From positions 1,728,001-1,792,000 of the forward strand of contig OY759316.1 of NCBI GenBank assembly GCA_963662275.1: a DNA stretch of 64,000 bases. Direction: 5' to 3'. Source of the stretch: Candidatus Cloacimonadales bacterium. GTDB taxonomy: Bacteria > Cloacimonadota > Cloacimonadia > Cloacimonadales > DAONDQ01. Both the position numbers and the translations under genes were made by a program. A model generated the notes under the pieces. It had not been told where the DNA came from. It saw only the letters and a list, made by a program, of their open reading frames with translations, and made no database searches. This document shows positions 43,026-52,977 of this stretch, one piece after another (position 1 is the stretch's first letter; each line of letters starts with the position of its first letter).

Positions 43026-45137
43026 GTTTGCCCAGAATGTTTTCTGCGCCGATGGACTGGAAGAAGTCCTGACACCTAATCAGCGGGAAGTCAACTCGAG
43101 GTCAAGGGCGTTGCCGGCAACGGCAGGGTCTGAAGTAAGACGCAGAGGGAATATGGAACATAGCGCAAGTGAACTGATGTTGGTTTGTAGAGTGGGTAAC
43201 CTTTCTAAAAGTGGGAAAGCCCGAAAGCTGGATAACTCTACAGATTATGACAGATGGCTTCATATTCAGGCAGGAAAACTTAACTGGGGAAGCCTGTTAT
43301 TGTCTACTTAAGGTAGTAGCTTCGATCAAGTTGAAAGACAAGTGAGAAGCCAAGCGGTAGCAGGTGGCAGATGATTCCGTAGTAGTGATTAACCTTTTGC
43401 CTATGAAAGCTGGTGACAGTCTGGAGGATAAAACAAAAGGGACAGCATTCACGGTAATGCTGAGTTCTGTATCTCAAAAGGCTACAGTTCATGCGAAGGG
43501 ATGAAGATAATCCGAAGGCATGATTTGAAATGTGGAAAGTAATCGATGAAAAGTGAGAAACGAAGGAAGAAGCTGAAATGCTTCGAGGCTCGGTTTGACA
43601 GTGGTGACGAACTTCCTTTCAAACCCGACCGCACGAGACTGAGTAATCAGGGAAAGCTGACAAGCCGTAGTTTTGTCATATTGCTATATGCTAAAGAAGG
43701 CAGGACAACCTGATGAAGAGACAATCATCATCGATGAACACCTCAAGACGAATCACAATGAGACAGGAAATGTCATGAGAAAATACTACAGCTTAATCGA
43801 CAAGGTGTACTCCCTGCCCAACCTATATGCTTCCTTCACTTCGGTAAAACGAAATAAAGGTGCATCAGGCATTGATGGGCAGAGTATAGAAAACTTTGAC
43901 GAACAACTGGCAGTGAACATCAACCAACTTCACGACGAACTAATGGCAGGTACTTACGAGCCTTCACCGGTAAGACGTGTAGAGATACCCAAACCCAATG
44001 GCAAAATGAGACCGCTAGGCATTCCAACGGTAAGAGACAGAGTAGTGCAGCAGGCAATCCTGAATATCATACAACCGATATTTGAGCCTGACTTCCATCC
44101 GTCCAGTTATGGCTACAGACCGCATCGGTCTTGCCAACATGCCGTAGCGAAAGCTCAGCGTTTTCTTACAGCGTACAATTTGGGTTATGCTGTGGATATG
44201 GACTTATCCAAGTGTTTTGACACCTTAGACCACGAACTGATATTGAGCCGTCTGAACAGGAAAATCAGTGATGGTACATTGCTGAGATTAATCAGCCGTT
44301 TTCTCAAATCAGGAGTAATGGTCGATGGGGATTTCAAAGCTACTGAGATAGGCAGTCCGCAAGGTGGAGTAATCTCACCCTTATTGATGAATATCTATCT
44401 GGATGAGTTTGACCAGAGGATGAAACAGCGGAATATCAGGATAGTACGTTATGCTGATGACATCCTGATATTTGCTCCGACCAGGAAAAAGGCAGAGCAA
44501 TATCAAAGGATAGCGACAGCGATACTTGAAGAACTTCGCTTGCAAGTCAATCTGGAAAAGACTCATATCAGCAGTGTCGAAACAGGAATCAGCTATCTGG
44601 GATTTTTCATCAAAGGAAGCCGTGTCTGCATCGACAAGGAGCGTTTGAAACGTTTCAAGGATAAGATACGTAAGCTTACTCCCCGCAACAGTGGCATCCC
44701 AATATCCATGACGATAGGAAGCCTGAATCCTGTACTAAGGGGATGGGGTAACTATTTCAAAGTTGCGAGTTGTAAAAGCATCTTTGCGAGCCTGATGGAA
44801 TGGATACGAAGGAGGCTTCGAATGAAGAAGATGCGTGAATGGAAGAGCTGGAAAGCATTCCATAAAGCAATGCGCAGACAAGGCTTCAAGGGAGAATGCC
44901 CAAAACTATCTATGACCAGATGGCGTAACGCTCAGAGCTTCCACTTATGCTTTGCCTTGCCGAACAAGTGGTTTGAAGAAATGAAGTTGTTTGATTTGAC
45001 ATCACTTCAGACAAGTGTTTTATTTAATTACTACGAGTAATTACAAGGATTATCAGGAGCCGTGTACGAGACCCGTACGCACGGTTCTGTGAGAGGGATG
45101 ATGCTGGAATTAATTAGCCAGCATCACCCTACTCGAT
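43026..45137 (+). mobile_element. Group II intron, IIC-like, copy 2 (2112 nt)
   Basis: Near-identical to 22402-24513 with the same ends; sits directly after a terminator. Confidence 0.92.
43775..45040 (+). CDS. ltrA: Group II intron reverse transcriptase/maturase
   Basis: Same motifs as copy 1 (YADD); intact frame. Confidence 0.93.
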   Translation: MRKYYSLIDKVYSLPNLYASFTSVKRNKGASGIDGQSIENFDEQLAVNINQLHDELMAGTYEPSPVRRVEIPKPNGKMRPLGIPTVRDRVVQQAILNIIQPIFEPDFHPSSYGYRPHRSCQHAVAKAQRFLTAYNLGYAVDMDLSKCFDTLDHELILSRLNRKISDGTLLRLISRFLKSGVMVDGDFKATEIGSPQGGVISPLLMNIYLDEFDQRMKQRNIRIVRYADDILIFAPTRKKAEQYQRIATAILEELRLQVNLEKTHISSVETGISYLGFFIKGSRVCIDKERLKRFKDKIRKLTPRNSGIPISMTIGSLNPVLRGWGNYFKVASCKSIFASLMEWIRRRLRMKKMREWKSWKAFHKAMRRQGFKGECPKLSMTRWRNAQSFHLCFALPNKWFEEMKLFDLTSLQTSVLFNYYE

Positions 45138-45194
45138 TGTCTTAATGAAAAAAGATTTGACGAGTATATTGAAATATAACATTATAATATAACA

Positions 45195-45355
45195 GTAGGG
45201 ATAGACCCATGTGTCTATCCTCCGATTTTAAATAATGCATCATTGTATAAGATGATATGGACAAACACATGGGTTTATCCCACTTGCTACGAAGGATAAA
45301 CACATGGGTTTATCCCTACTTACCAGGAATGATAGGCACACGGGTCTGTCCCTAC
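45195..45355. repeat. GTAG-type REP cluster: one forward and three reverse copies
   Basis: GTAGGGATAGACCCATGTGTCTATCC, then GGACAAACACATGGGTTTATCCCAC, GGATAAACACATGGGTTTATCCCTAC and GATAGGCACACGGGTCTGTCCCTAC. Confidence 0.8.
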
Positions 45356-45372
45356 AAAAGATGGAGATGCTG

Positions 45373-46614
45373 ATGGAAATAATCAAGACGAATTGTCTCT
45401 CACCAATTAACGCTAATGAAGTACTCTATTTACCTGACCACTACATCATGATAGAAGATGGTAAAATATTCAATATAACCCCCAACCTGCCTTCTGGTAT
45501 GAAAGACTATTTTATAGACGCTACAGATTGTATCTGCATACCCGGTCTCATCGACATACATGTTCATCTTTCCCAGTGGTTTGCGCGAGGTAAGTACAAA
45601 CCTGATCTCATTGAATGGCTGGAGACCTATATATTTGAGGAAGAAGCTAAATTCAAGGATCCGGTCTATGCACGTTATGTAGCAGAGAAGTTCTTCCAGG
45701 CTCTCATCAGTAATGGAACAACCTGTGCCGTCATCTATGTGGCTGCCTTCAAGGAAGCTACTGACCAGGCTTTCCAGGTTGCTGAAGAATACGGCTACAG
45801 ATGTATCATGGGAAAGACGATGATGGACAGTAATTGTCCTGATTTTATACGTGAAGATACAGATCAATCTATGCAGGAAAGCATTTCTCTCTTTGAAAAG
45901 TGGAATGAAAAGACACCTTTGCTCAACTATGTTTTTACTCCTCGTTTTGCTCCTGTTTGTTCCCTCAAACTTCTCAGAAAGATAGGTGCTTTTGCCAGGA
46001 TGAACAACGCCTATATCCAATCCCATCTCTCAGAGAATATCAATGAACTGGATTGGGTACATAAGCTGTATCCTGAATACAAGAATTATACAGATGTTTA
46101 TGCTCATACTGATACTCTTGGACCAAAGACGATTATGGCTCATTGTATACATTTGAATGAAGATGAGATAGAAATACTCAAAAAGACTGATACCCGCATT
46201 GCACATTGTCCCGATTCTAATTTCTATTTGAAAAGCGGTATGATGCATTATCATAAGTTAAAGAAGAATCATATAAAAATCGGCTTGGCATCAGATGTTG
46301 GAGCAGGTACAAGCTTAAATATGTTCTATCATATGAAGATGGCTAATTTCAGACAGAGTCATGATATCATATTACCCCAGGAAGCATTCTATTTGGCAAC
46401 TCTCGGTGCTGCCAAAACAATCAGTAAAGAAACTACGATTGGTTCTTTGGAAGTCGGGAAGGCAGCAGACCTGACCTTCGTTGAATTTGCTGATACTAAA
46501 GACAGGACAGCAGAAGAGATCGTTTCAGAACTGGTATTTACCGGTATGGAAAAAAGGATTCGTTACGTATATATCAATGGATCAAAGAAGTATCCATTTG
46601 CCTCTAAATCTTAA
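45373..46614 (+). CDS. guaD: Guanine deaminase
   Basis: PGLIDIHVHLSQW, TPRFAP, QSHLSEN, HCPDSN, ASDVGAGT; start re-called after a GGAG RBS. Confidence 0.88.
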   Translation: MEIIKTNCLSPINANEVLYLPDHYIMIEDGKIFNITPNLPSGMKDYFIDATDCICIPGLIDIHVHLSQWFARGKYKPDLIEWLETYIFEEEAKFKDPVYARYVAEKFFQALISNGTTCAVIYVAAFKEATDQAFQVAEEYGYRCIMGKTMMDSNCPDFIREDTDQSMQESISLFEKWNEKTPLLNYVFTPRFAPVCSLKLLRKIGAFARMNNAYIQSHLSENINELDWVHKLYPEYKNYTDVYAHTDTLGPKTIMAHCIHLNEDEIEILKKTDTRIAHCPDSNFYLKSGMMHYHKLKKNHIKIGLASDVGAGTSLNMFYHMKMANFRQSHDIILPQEAFYLATLGAAKTISKETTIGSLEVGKAADLTFVEFADTKDRTAEEIVSELVFTGMEKRIRYVYINGSKKYPFASKS

Positions 46615-46629
46615 GAAGCGGGGAAATCT

Positions 46630-48162
46630 ATGCATCATATTAAAATACACTTTTACCTGAATGAACGGGAAATGGATTTGACCATTTCTCCTGATCTATC
46701 AGCACTTCAATTGATACGCGAACATGCAGGGCTTTCAGGTACAAAGGAAAGCTGTTCCGAAGGGGATTGTGGAGCCTGTACGATTGCTGTCGGGAAATGG
46801 GAATATGACAAATTCGTTTATCGTGCATTCAATTCCTGTATCATGCCCGCAGTGAAAATGCATGGTATGCATGTTGTGACTGTGGAAGGCTTGGGTACTC
46901 CAGTAAATATGCATCCAATCCAAAAAGCCATGCTGGATGCACACGGTACGCAATGCGGATATTGCACTCCAGGCTTTATTATGTCATTGTTCTGTGTTTT
47001 TTCACTGAATTCCGATCCTGATATGGAAGAAGTGAAAGCTTCTCTCGAAGGCAATTTATGCCGTTGTACCGGGTATGAAGCAATTTTCAAAGCGGTTGAA
47101 CAAATTCGTAACTGGAGAAACAGCAATTCAGAGCATCATTTTTATCCAACTCACTTTCTTCCCATACATGAAAAGCTACATACTTTTGAAAAGGTGATAG
47201 AGTTTGTTCAAGTCAATGGGAATAATATAGATACTGTTAAAGAATACGTAGTACCGAAAAGTATGAAAGATTTATTTGAAGTTCTTGCTAACATGAAAGA
47301 TAGTAAGAGTTATCGTATCATTGCCGGGGCTACCGATCTCCTGGTGGATGCTAATATCAAGGGACAATGGTATCCTGTATATATTGATATTTCCACAATT
47401 CCTGAACTGAAGATATTGAAGGATGATCCGAAGAATATATGGATATGCGCAGCAGTCACTCAATCAGAAGTGATCGAATCATCTCTGATCTGGGAAAAGA
47501 GTCCGATTCTTGCCAAAGCTGTATCAAAAATGGGTTCAAAGCAAACAAGGAATGCTGCAACCCTCGTTGGTAATATTGCCAATGCGTCACCCATTGCGGA
47601 TGGAGCGACTGCCCTGTTAGGTTTGGGGGCATATGTTGAACTCATGTCCGAAGGAAAGCAGCGTTCTATTCTTCTAGAGCAATTCTACAAAGGTTATAAA
47701 GCAACTGATCTGCAACCGGGTGAGATCATCGGCTGTGTTTTGGTTCCTCATCAGAAAGGATTTTGTTCTTTTGAGAAGACAGCAAAGCGTATTGCTGTTG
47801 ATATTTCAACAGTCAATTCACTACTCAATATCAGGATTGAGAATGATCTTGTTCAATATGCACGTATCGCCTTTGGTGGTATTGCTCCCTATCCGATTTT
47901 AGCAAATCAGACGATGGAATTCCTAGTAGGAAAGAAGATTACAGAATCAGTTATCAATGAAGCTGCTGAAATTGCTATGCAAGAATTCAAACCAATCGGT
48001 GATGTCCGCGGTAGTATGGAATATCGTCAGCTTTTAATACGAAATCACATCAGGAAACATCTGAATAAATATCTTGTAAAGCAAGACTCCGTTGTGGGAC
48101 AAGATTCCGATCTTGTTGAATCTGCAGTCCAAGATGCTCATACTCCCGGAGGTGAATTATGA
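46630..48162 (+). CDS. xdhA: Xanthine dehydrogenase small subunit (2x[2Fe-2S] plus FAD domain)
   Basis: TKESCSEGDCGAC, QCGYCTPG, GNLCRCTGY, AGATDL, ATLVGNIANASPIAD. Confidence 0.9.
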   Translation: MHHIKIHFYLNEREMDLTISPDLSALQLIREHAGLSGTKESCSEGDCGACTIAVGKWEYDKFVYRAFNSCIMPAVKMHGMHVVTVEGLGTPVNMHPIQKAMLDAHGTQCGYCTPGFIMSLFCVFSLNSDPDMEEVKASLEGNLCRCTGYEAIFKAVEQIRNWRNSNSEHHFYPTHFLPIHEKLHTFEKVIEFVQVNGNNIDTVKEYVVPKSMKDLFEVLANMKDSKSYRIIAGATDLLVDANIKGQWYPVYIDISTIPELKILKDDPKNIWICAAVTQSEVIESSLIWEKSPILAKAVSKMGSKQTRNAATLVGNIANASPIADGATALLGLGAYVELMSEGKQRSILLEQFYKGYKATDLQPGEIIGCVLVPHQKGFCSFEKTAKRIAVDISTVNSLLNIRIENDLVQYARIAFGGIAPYPILANQTMEFLVGKKITESVINEAAEIAMQEFKPIGDVRGSMEYRQLLIRNHIRKHLNKYLVKQDSVVGQDSDLVESAVQDAHTPGGEL

Positions 48163-50483
48163 AACAAGCACAATTCATCAAACAAATAAAAGCAACCAAG
48201 CATATCAGCGGACATCTGCATGTGACTGGTACTTCCAAGTTCATCGGCGATGAGATCCGTCCCACAGGTATGCAGAGCATTAAGCTTGTTTTCAGTCCTT
48301 TTGCTCATGCTGAAATTGTATCTATAGACACCTCAGAAGCATTGGCTGTGGAAGGTGTGAAAGCTGTTCTAACATGGAAGGATATTCCTGGAGAGAACCA
48401 AGTAAGTCATCTTTTTCATGATGAGCCTCTCCTGCCTGAAACAGAAGTTATCTATGTCGGTCAGCCAGTTGTGATTGTCGTTGCAAAGAACGAAAAGATA
48501 GCTGAATATGCATCTAAATTAGTAAACATCGAATATAAAGAACTGATACCAGTTCTCACTGTGGAAGAAGCACTTGCCAACAATATGCTATATGTACCCG
48601 AAAGAAAGATCGAACGGGGAAACGTATCTCATTATTATGAATTTGCTCCACACAGATTGTCAGGGGTTGTACAGACAGGTACTCAGGAACAGTTTTACAT
48701 GGAATCCCAACGCTGTTGGGCTATTCCTTCCGAAGACGGGGAATTAACCCTGTATTCGGCAACCCAAAGTACATCTGAAGTGCAGGAAACAGCAGCCCAT
48801 GTGTTAGGTAAGCGAAGCAAGGACATCACGGTAGATGTCAAACGTCTTGGTGGTGCCTTTGGCGGAAAGGAAAGCGGTGCAACCCTTTGGGCTTGCCTGG
48901 CTGCTCTGGCTGCTGATCATACACAGATGCCGGTTGAATTGAAACTGACCAGGCTGGAAGATATGACTGCCACAGGGAAGCGCAATCCATTCAAAATGCA
49001 TTATAAAGTTGGTTTTGATGATGATGGCAGGATACTTTCTTATGATATTACACATGATGTGAATGGCGGAGCCTGTACAGATCTCACGGTTGCCATCATG
49101 GAAAGAGGGATGCTGCATTCAGATAATACTTATTATCTTCCCAATGTTCGTATCATTGGTCATGCCTGTCGAACCAATCTTCCACCCAACACCGCCTTTA
49201 GAGGATTTGGTGCACCCCAGGGCATCTTTGCCATTGAAACTGTCATGCATCGTATGGGCAGATATCTGAAGAAAGATCCGAACGAAATTAGAAAAGCCAA
49301 TTTCTATAAAGAAGGCGAAACTACTCCCTATCAACAAATCATTCATGAAGAATGCAGCCTGGAATTATTAAAAAAATTGGAAGAGACAGCCCAATATACA
49401 AAATTAAAAGAAGAAGTGAAAGCCTTCAATCAAACTCATAAAGATGTGAAACGCGGTATTGGGACGACACCCGTCAAATTCGGTATTTCCTTTACGACTG
49501 CTTTCTTAAACCAAGGCTCTGCACTGGTACTCGTTTATACTGACGGTACAATCTCCTTAAGCCATGGCGGTATTGAAATGGGACAGGAGATCAATACCAA
49601 GGTTGCACAAGTAGTTGCCCGCGTGCTGGGAGTCAGTATAGAGCACATTAAACAGGAAAGTTCAAATACAAAGCGTACGGCGAATGCCTCTCCAACGGCT
49701 GCATCCTCAGGTTCTGATATCAATGGTAATGCTGCCAGGATTGCTGCTGAAAAGATCAGAGCACGACTAGCCCAGGCAGCTTGTGATTATTTTACTGAAC
49801 ACAAGCTGGGTAATTTTCAACCGGAAGACATTATCTTCGCTTCCGACCAGGTATATTCAGATTCCAAACAGGAAGAATCTGTTTCCTTTAAAGATCTTGT
49901 CATGTACGCCTACCTTCACAGTATAGATCTCTGTGCTCATGGTTTTTACAGCACTCCCGGTATTTGGTATGATCGTGACAAAGGAGAAGGCAATCCCTTC
50001 TATTATTTTGTATATGGTGTAGCTCTTGTTGTGATGGAAGTGGATGTCTATACAGGTATGAATCGGTTGGTGGATGTCATTATTGTTCATGAAACAGGGG
50101 AGAGTCTGAATCCGGAAGTAGATAGAGGGCAGGTCATTGGTGCTTTTTACCAGGGATATGGCTGGTCAACGATGGAAGAAGAAGTATATGACTCCAAAGG
50201 TCGTTATCTTGCCTTGACACCATCCACCTATAAATTTCCATGTATTCGTGATTATCCGGACAGGTTAATCATCGAATTAATTGATAGAAAACGAGTTCAT
50301 TCCAGTGTTATGGGAAGCAAGGCAGTCGGCGAACCACCATTAGTATATGGTGAAGCTGCCTATTTTGCCATTCGTGATGCGATTGAATCCATGAGTGATT
50401 TTACTCGTGAAGCAGACCTTCAAATGCCTGCTACCCCTGAAGCCACGCTGATGGCAATTGAAAGAATAAAGGAGAAACAATGA
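48159..50483 (+). CDS. xdhB: Xanthine dehydrogenase molybdopterin subunit
   Basis: GGAFGGKES, TAFRGFGAPQG, KFGISF, HGGIEMGQ, PTAASSGSD, SKAVGEPP. Confidence 0.92.
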   Translation: MKQAQFIKQIKATKHISGHLHVTGTSKFIGDEIRPTGMQSIKLVFSPFAHAEIVSIDTSEALAVEGVKAVLTWKDIPGENQVSHLFHDEPLLPETEVIYVGQPVVIVVAKNEKIAEYASKLVNIEYKELIPVLTVEEALANNMLYVPERKIERGNVSHYYEFAPHRLSGVVQTGTQEQFYMESQRCWAIPSEDGELTLYSATQSTSEVQETAAHVLGKRSKDITVDVKRLGGAFGGKESGATLWACLAALAADHTQMPVELKLTRLEDMTATGKRNPFKMHYKVGFDDDGRILSYDITHDVNGGACTDLTVAIMERGMLHSDNTYYLPNVRIIGHACRTNLPPNTAFRGFGAPQGIFAIETVMHRMGRYLKKDPNEIRKANFYKEGETTPYQQIIHEECSLELLKKLEETAQYTKLKEEVKAFNQTHKDVKRGIGTTPVKFGISFTTAFLNQGSALVLVYTDGTISLSHGGIEMGQEINTKVAQVVARVLGVSIEHIKQESSNTKRTANASPTAASSGSDINGNAARIAAEKIRARLAQAACDYFTEHKLGNFQPEDIIFASDQVYSDSKQEESVSFKDLVMYAYLHSIDLCAHGFYSTPGIWYDRDKGEGNPFYYFVYGVALVVMEVDVYTGMNRLVDVIIVHETGESLNPEVDRGQVIGAFYQGYGWSTMEEEVYDSKGRYLALTPSTYKFPCIRDYPDRLIIELIDRKRVHSSVMGSKAVGEPPLVYGEAAYFAIRDAIESMSDFTREADLQMPATPEATLMAIERIKEKQ

Positions 50484-52969
50484 AACCAAAGCATGATAAA
50501 GTCTATTTATCCGATGCACAACTAAAAGCTGAGTTTAATAAATGTGAATTTTGTGAAGAAAAGCCCTGCCGTGATGCCTGTCCTGCCGACTGTTCACCCA
50601 CAGATTTCATTCGTGCTGCCAAGCTGATGAAACCAGTTGACTATCAGCGTGCTGCTGCCATAATCCTTGGCAGCAATCCTCTCGGTGGTATTTGTGGACA
50701 CACTTGCCCTGATTATCACTGTATGAAAGCTTGTGTACACAAAAATTTCAATGAAGCAGTCAAAATACCGGAAGTCCAGGCAACCATCATTCACAATGCA
50801 CGTAAATTCAAAGTTGAACCGCTATTCCTAAAAGCCAAATGGAATAGGAAGAATATAGCCATCGTCGGAGCAGGTCCTGCTGGAATCGGTGCTGCTGCTG
50901 TACTGGGACAGCTTGGTTATGGTGTGACATTATTCGAAAAGTCTTCTCATGCTGGCGGTATGTGCCATTACATCCCTGATACAAGATTACCCAAGTCCGT
51001 GTTGAAAGCAGATCTGCAATTTTTAAAGAAACTCGGTAAGATAGAATATCAATTCGGAAAGGAAATCGCTGATCCTTCATTGTTATTGAAACAGGATTTT
51101 GTAGCTGTGATAGTTTCAACAGGTTTGGATAAGCCAATGAAACTGAATATCCCCGGTTCTGATAAAACACTCGATTGGTACCAATATCTTTCCCAATCTC
51201 AGACCCAACCAAGCCGTCGTGTTGCCATCATCGGTGGTGGTGCAATTGCCTTGGATTGTGCCTTGAAAGCTCTTGAGAATTCTGCAGAACAGGTTGATCT
51301 GATTTGTCTTGAAGTACCTTCTGAAATGCCTTTAACTTCCAAGGAAAGAGCACATCTCATGAATGAGAATATTGGAGTTATCGGTAGAACCAGTATCACT
51401 GAAATTACGCATGCTGATCATTCTTTTAAGCTAAAAGGAAATAAAGTTCAATTAAAGAAAGGACTCGATTTCTCACCCATGAATGTAGAGCCCGTATTCG
51501 GCTCTGAACTTCATTTACCCGGCTACGATATTGTCATTTTCGCTATTGGCAGTCGCAGCTCTTCACCCAAGATAGCCCATAAGGGTGTTTTCTATACAGG
51601 TGATATGATGCATGGAGCCACGACTGTGGTTGAAGCAGTCGCAACCGGAAAGAATACTGCCACTGAAGTAGATGGCTGGATTCAAAATAGGAAACGTGCA
51701 GCCCATTCACAAAAAGCCAAGAGCCATGTCATTCTTCATGGAAGAAACATGATTCCAATTGGCTTGGAAAGTGACTTCTTTGGACGTAAGATCATTTCTC
51801 CCTTTATTCTTTCAGCCGCTCCACCATCAGATGGTTATGAACAAATGAAGAAAGCCTATGATGCCGGTTGGGCTGGCGGTGTGATGAAAACTTGCTTTGA
51901 TGATGTCGATATCCATATTCCAGGTGAATACATGTTCCAGATCAATGATACGACCTATGGCAATTGTGATAACGTTTCCGGTCATCCTCTCAACAGGATA
52001 TGCAAGGAAATCGGGCAATTGATCAAGGAATATCCTGATCGCTTGACTATGGCTTCTACTGGTGGACCTGTCACAGGGAAAGACAAGAGTGACAAGAAAG
52101 TATGGCAGTCAAATACCCTGAAACTGGAAAAAGCCGGTGCGATGGGTATCGAATACAGTCTCTCCTGCCCCCAGGGCGGGGACGGAACAAAAGGCGATAT
52201 CGTTTCCCAGGATGCTGAATTGACAGCAAAGATCATTGACTGGGTCATGGAAGTCAGTAATCCTGAAATTCCAAAACTCTTCAAACTGACAGCTGCTGTC
52301 ACAGCAATTTATCCTATTATGAAAGCCATACAGGACGTCTTTAAGAAATACCCCGGTAAAAAAGCTGGTGTGACATTGGCTAATACATTCCCAAGCATGG
52401 CATTCCGTCCGGGAAGCAAGGAAAACTGGGATGAGGGAATTGTCGTAGGTTTATCCGGCGAAGGTGTGATTCCAATTAGTAACCTGACTCTCGCGAATGT
52501 CGCTCGTTTCAAGATGAATATTTCCGGGAATGGCGGCCCCATGGATTATAAAACGGCTGCAGATTTCCTGGCTCTCGGTGTCAAGACAGTTCAATTCTGC
52601 ACGATCGCTATGAAACATGGTTATGGTATCATCGATGACTTGCATTCAGGTTTAAGTTATCTTCTTCAATCCAAAGGTTTGAAATCAGTTGAAGAACTCA
52701 TTGGTATTGCGTTACCAAATCCAATTACCGGCTTCATGGAATTAACAAGTAAGAAGAAGATTTCAGACGTTGTCGGTTCCTTATGTCAGCATTGTGGTAA
52801 TTGCACACGCTGTCCTTACATGGCAATTGAACTCGATAAAGATAAAATTCCTTCAACAGATCCATCCAAATGCATCGGCTGTTCCATTTGTGCTCAAAAG
52901 TGTTTCTCAAGCGCTTTGTTTATGAGAGACAGAACTGCCGAAGAATTGAAACAATTAAAAGAAGACTAG
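50480..52969 (+). CDS. Fused dihydropyrimidine dehydrogenase-like Fe-S flavoprotein (PreT-like + PreA/DHOD-like + ferredoxin)
   Basis: CEFC..PC...CP, GAGPAG, GGGAIA, ILSAAPP, SLSCPQ, LANT, VQFCT, two C-terminal CxxCxxCxxxC motifs. Confidence 0.85.
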   Translation: MKPKHDKVYLSDAQLKAEFNKCEFCEEKPCRDACPADCSPTDFIRAAKLMKPVDYQRAAAIILGSNPLGGICGHTCPDYHCMKACVHKNFNEAVKIPEVQATIIHNARKFKVEPLFLKAKWNRKNIAIVGAGPAGIGAAAVLGQLGYGVTLFEKSSHAGGMCHYIPDTRLPKSVLKADLQFLKKLGKIEYQFGKEIADPSLLLKQDFVAVIVSTGLDKPMKLNIPGSDKTLDWYQYLSQSQTQPSRRVAIIGGGAIALDCALKALENSAEQVDLICLEVPSEMPLTSKERAHLMNENIGVIGRTSITEITHADHSFKLKGNKVQLKKGLDFSPMNVEPVFGSELHLPGYDIVIFAIGSRSSSPKIAHKGVFYTGDMMHGATTVVEAVATGKNTATEVDGWIQNRKRAAHSQKAKSHVILHGRNMIPIGLESDFFGRKIISPFILSAAPPSDGYEQMKKAYDAGWAGGVMKTCFDDVDIHIPGEYMFQINDTTYGNCDNVSGHPLNRICKEIGQLIKEYPDRLTMASTGGPVTGKDKSDKKVWQSNTLKLEKAGAMGIEYSLSCPQGGDGTKGDIVSQDAELTAKIIDWVMEVSNPEIPKLFKLTAAVTAIYPIMKAIQDVFKKYPGKKAGVTLANTFPSMAFRPGSKENWDEGIVVGLSGEGVIPISNLTLANVARFKMNISGNGGPMDYKTAADFLALGVKTVQFCTIAMKHGYGIIDDLHSGLSYLLQSKGLKSVEELIGIALPNPITGFMELTSKKKISDVVGSLCQHCGNCTRCPYMAIELDKDKIPSTDPSKCIGCSICAQKCFSSALFMRDRTAEELKQLKED

Positions 52970-52977
52970 GAGGATAA

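Noticed and set aside
42994..43311. 105-aa ORF (and its twin at 22487-22687)
   Set aside because: It runs across the terminator and intron ribozyme domain I; the N-terminus differs between copies
45304..45372. N-terminal extension of guaD
   Set aside because: It derives from REP sequence; a better start with an RBS is at 45373
45138..45372. Purine riboswitch upstream of guaD
   Set aside because: No purine aptamer core is visible; the region is an AT-rich promoter plus REPs
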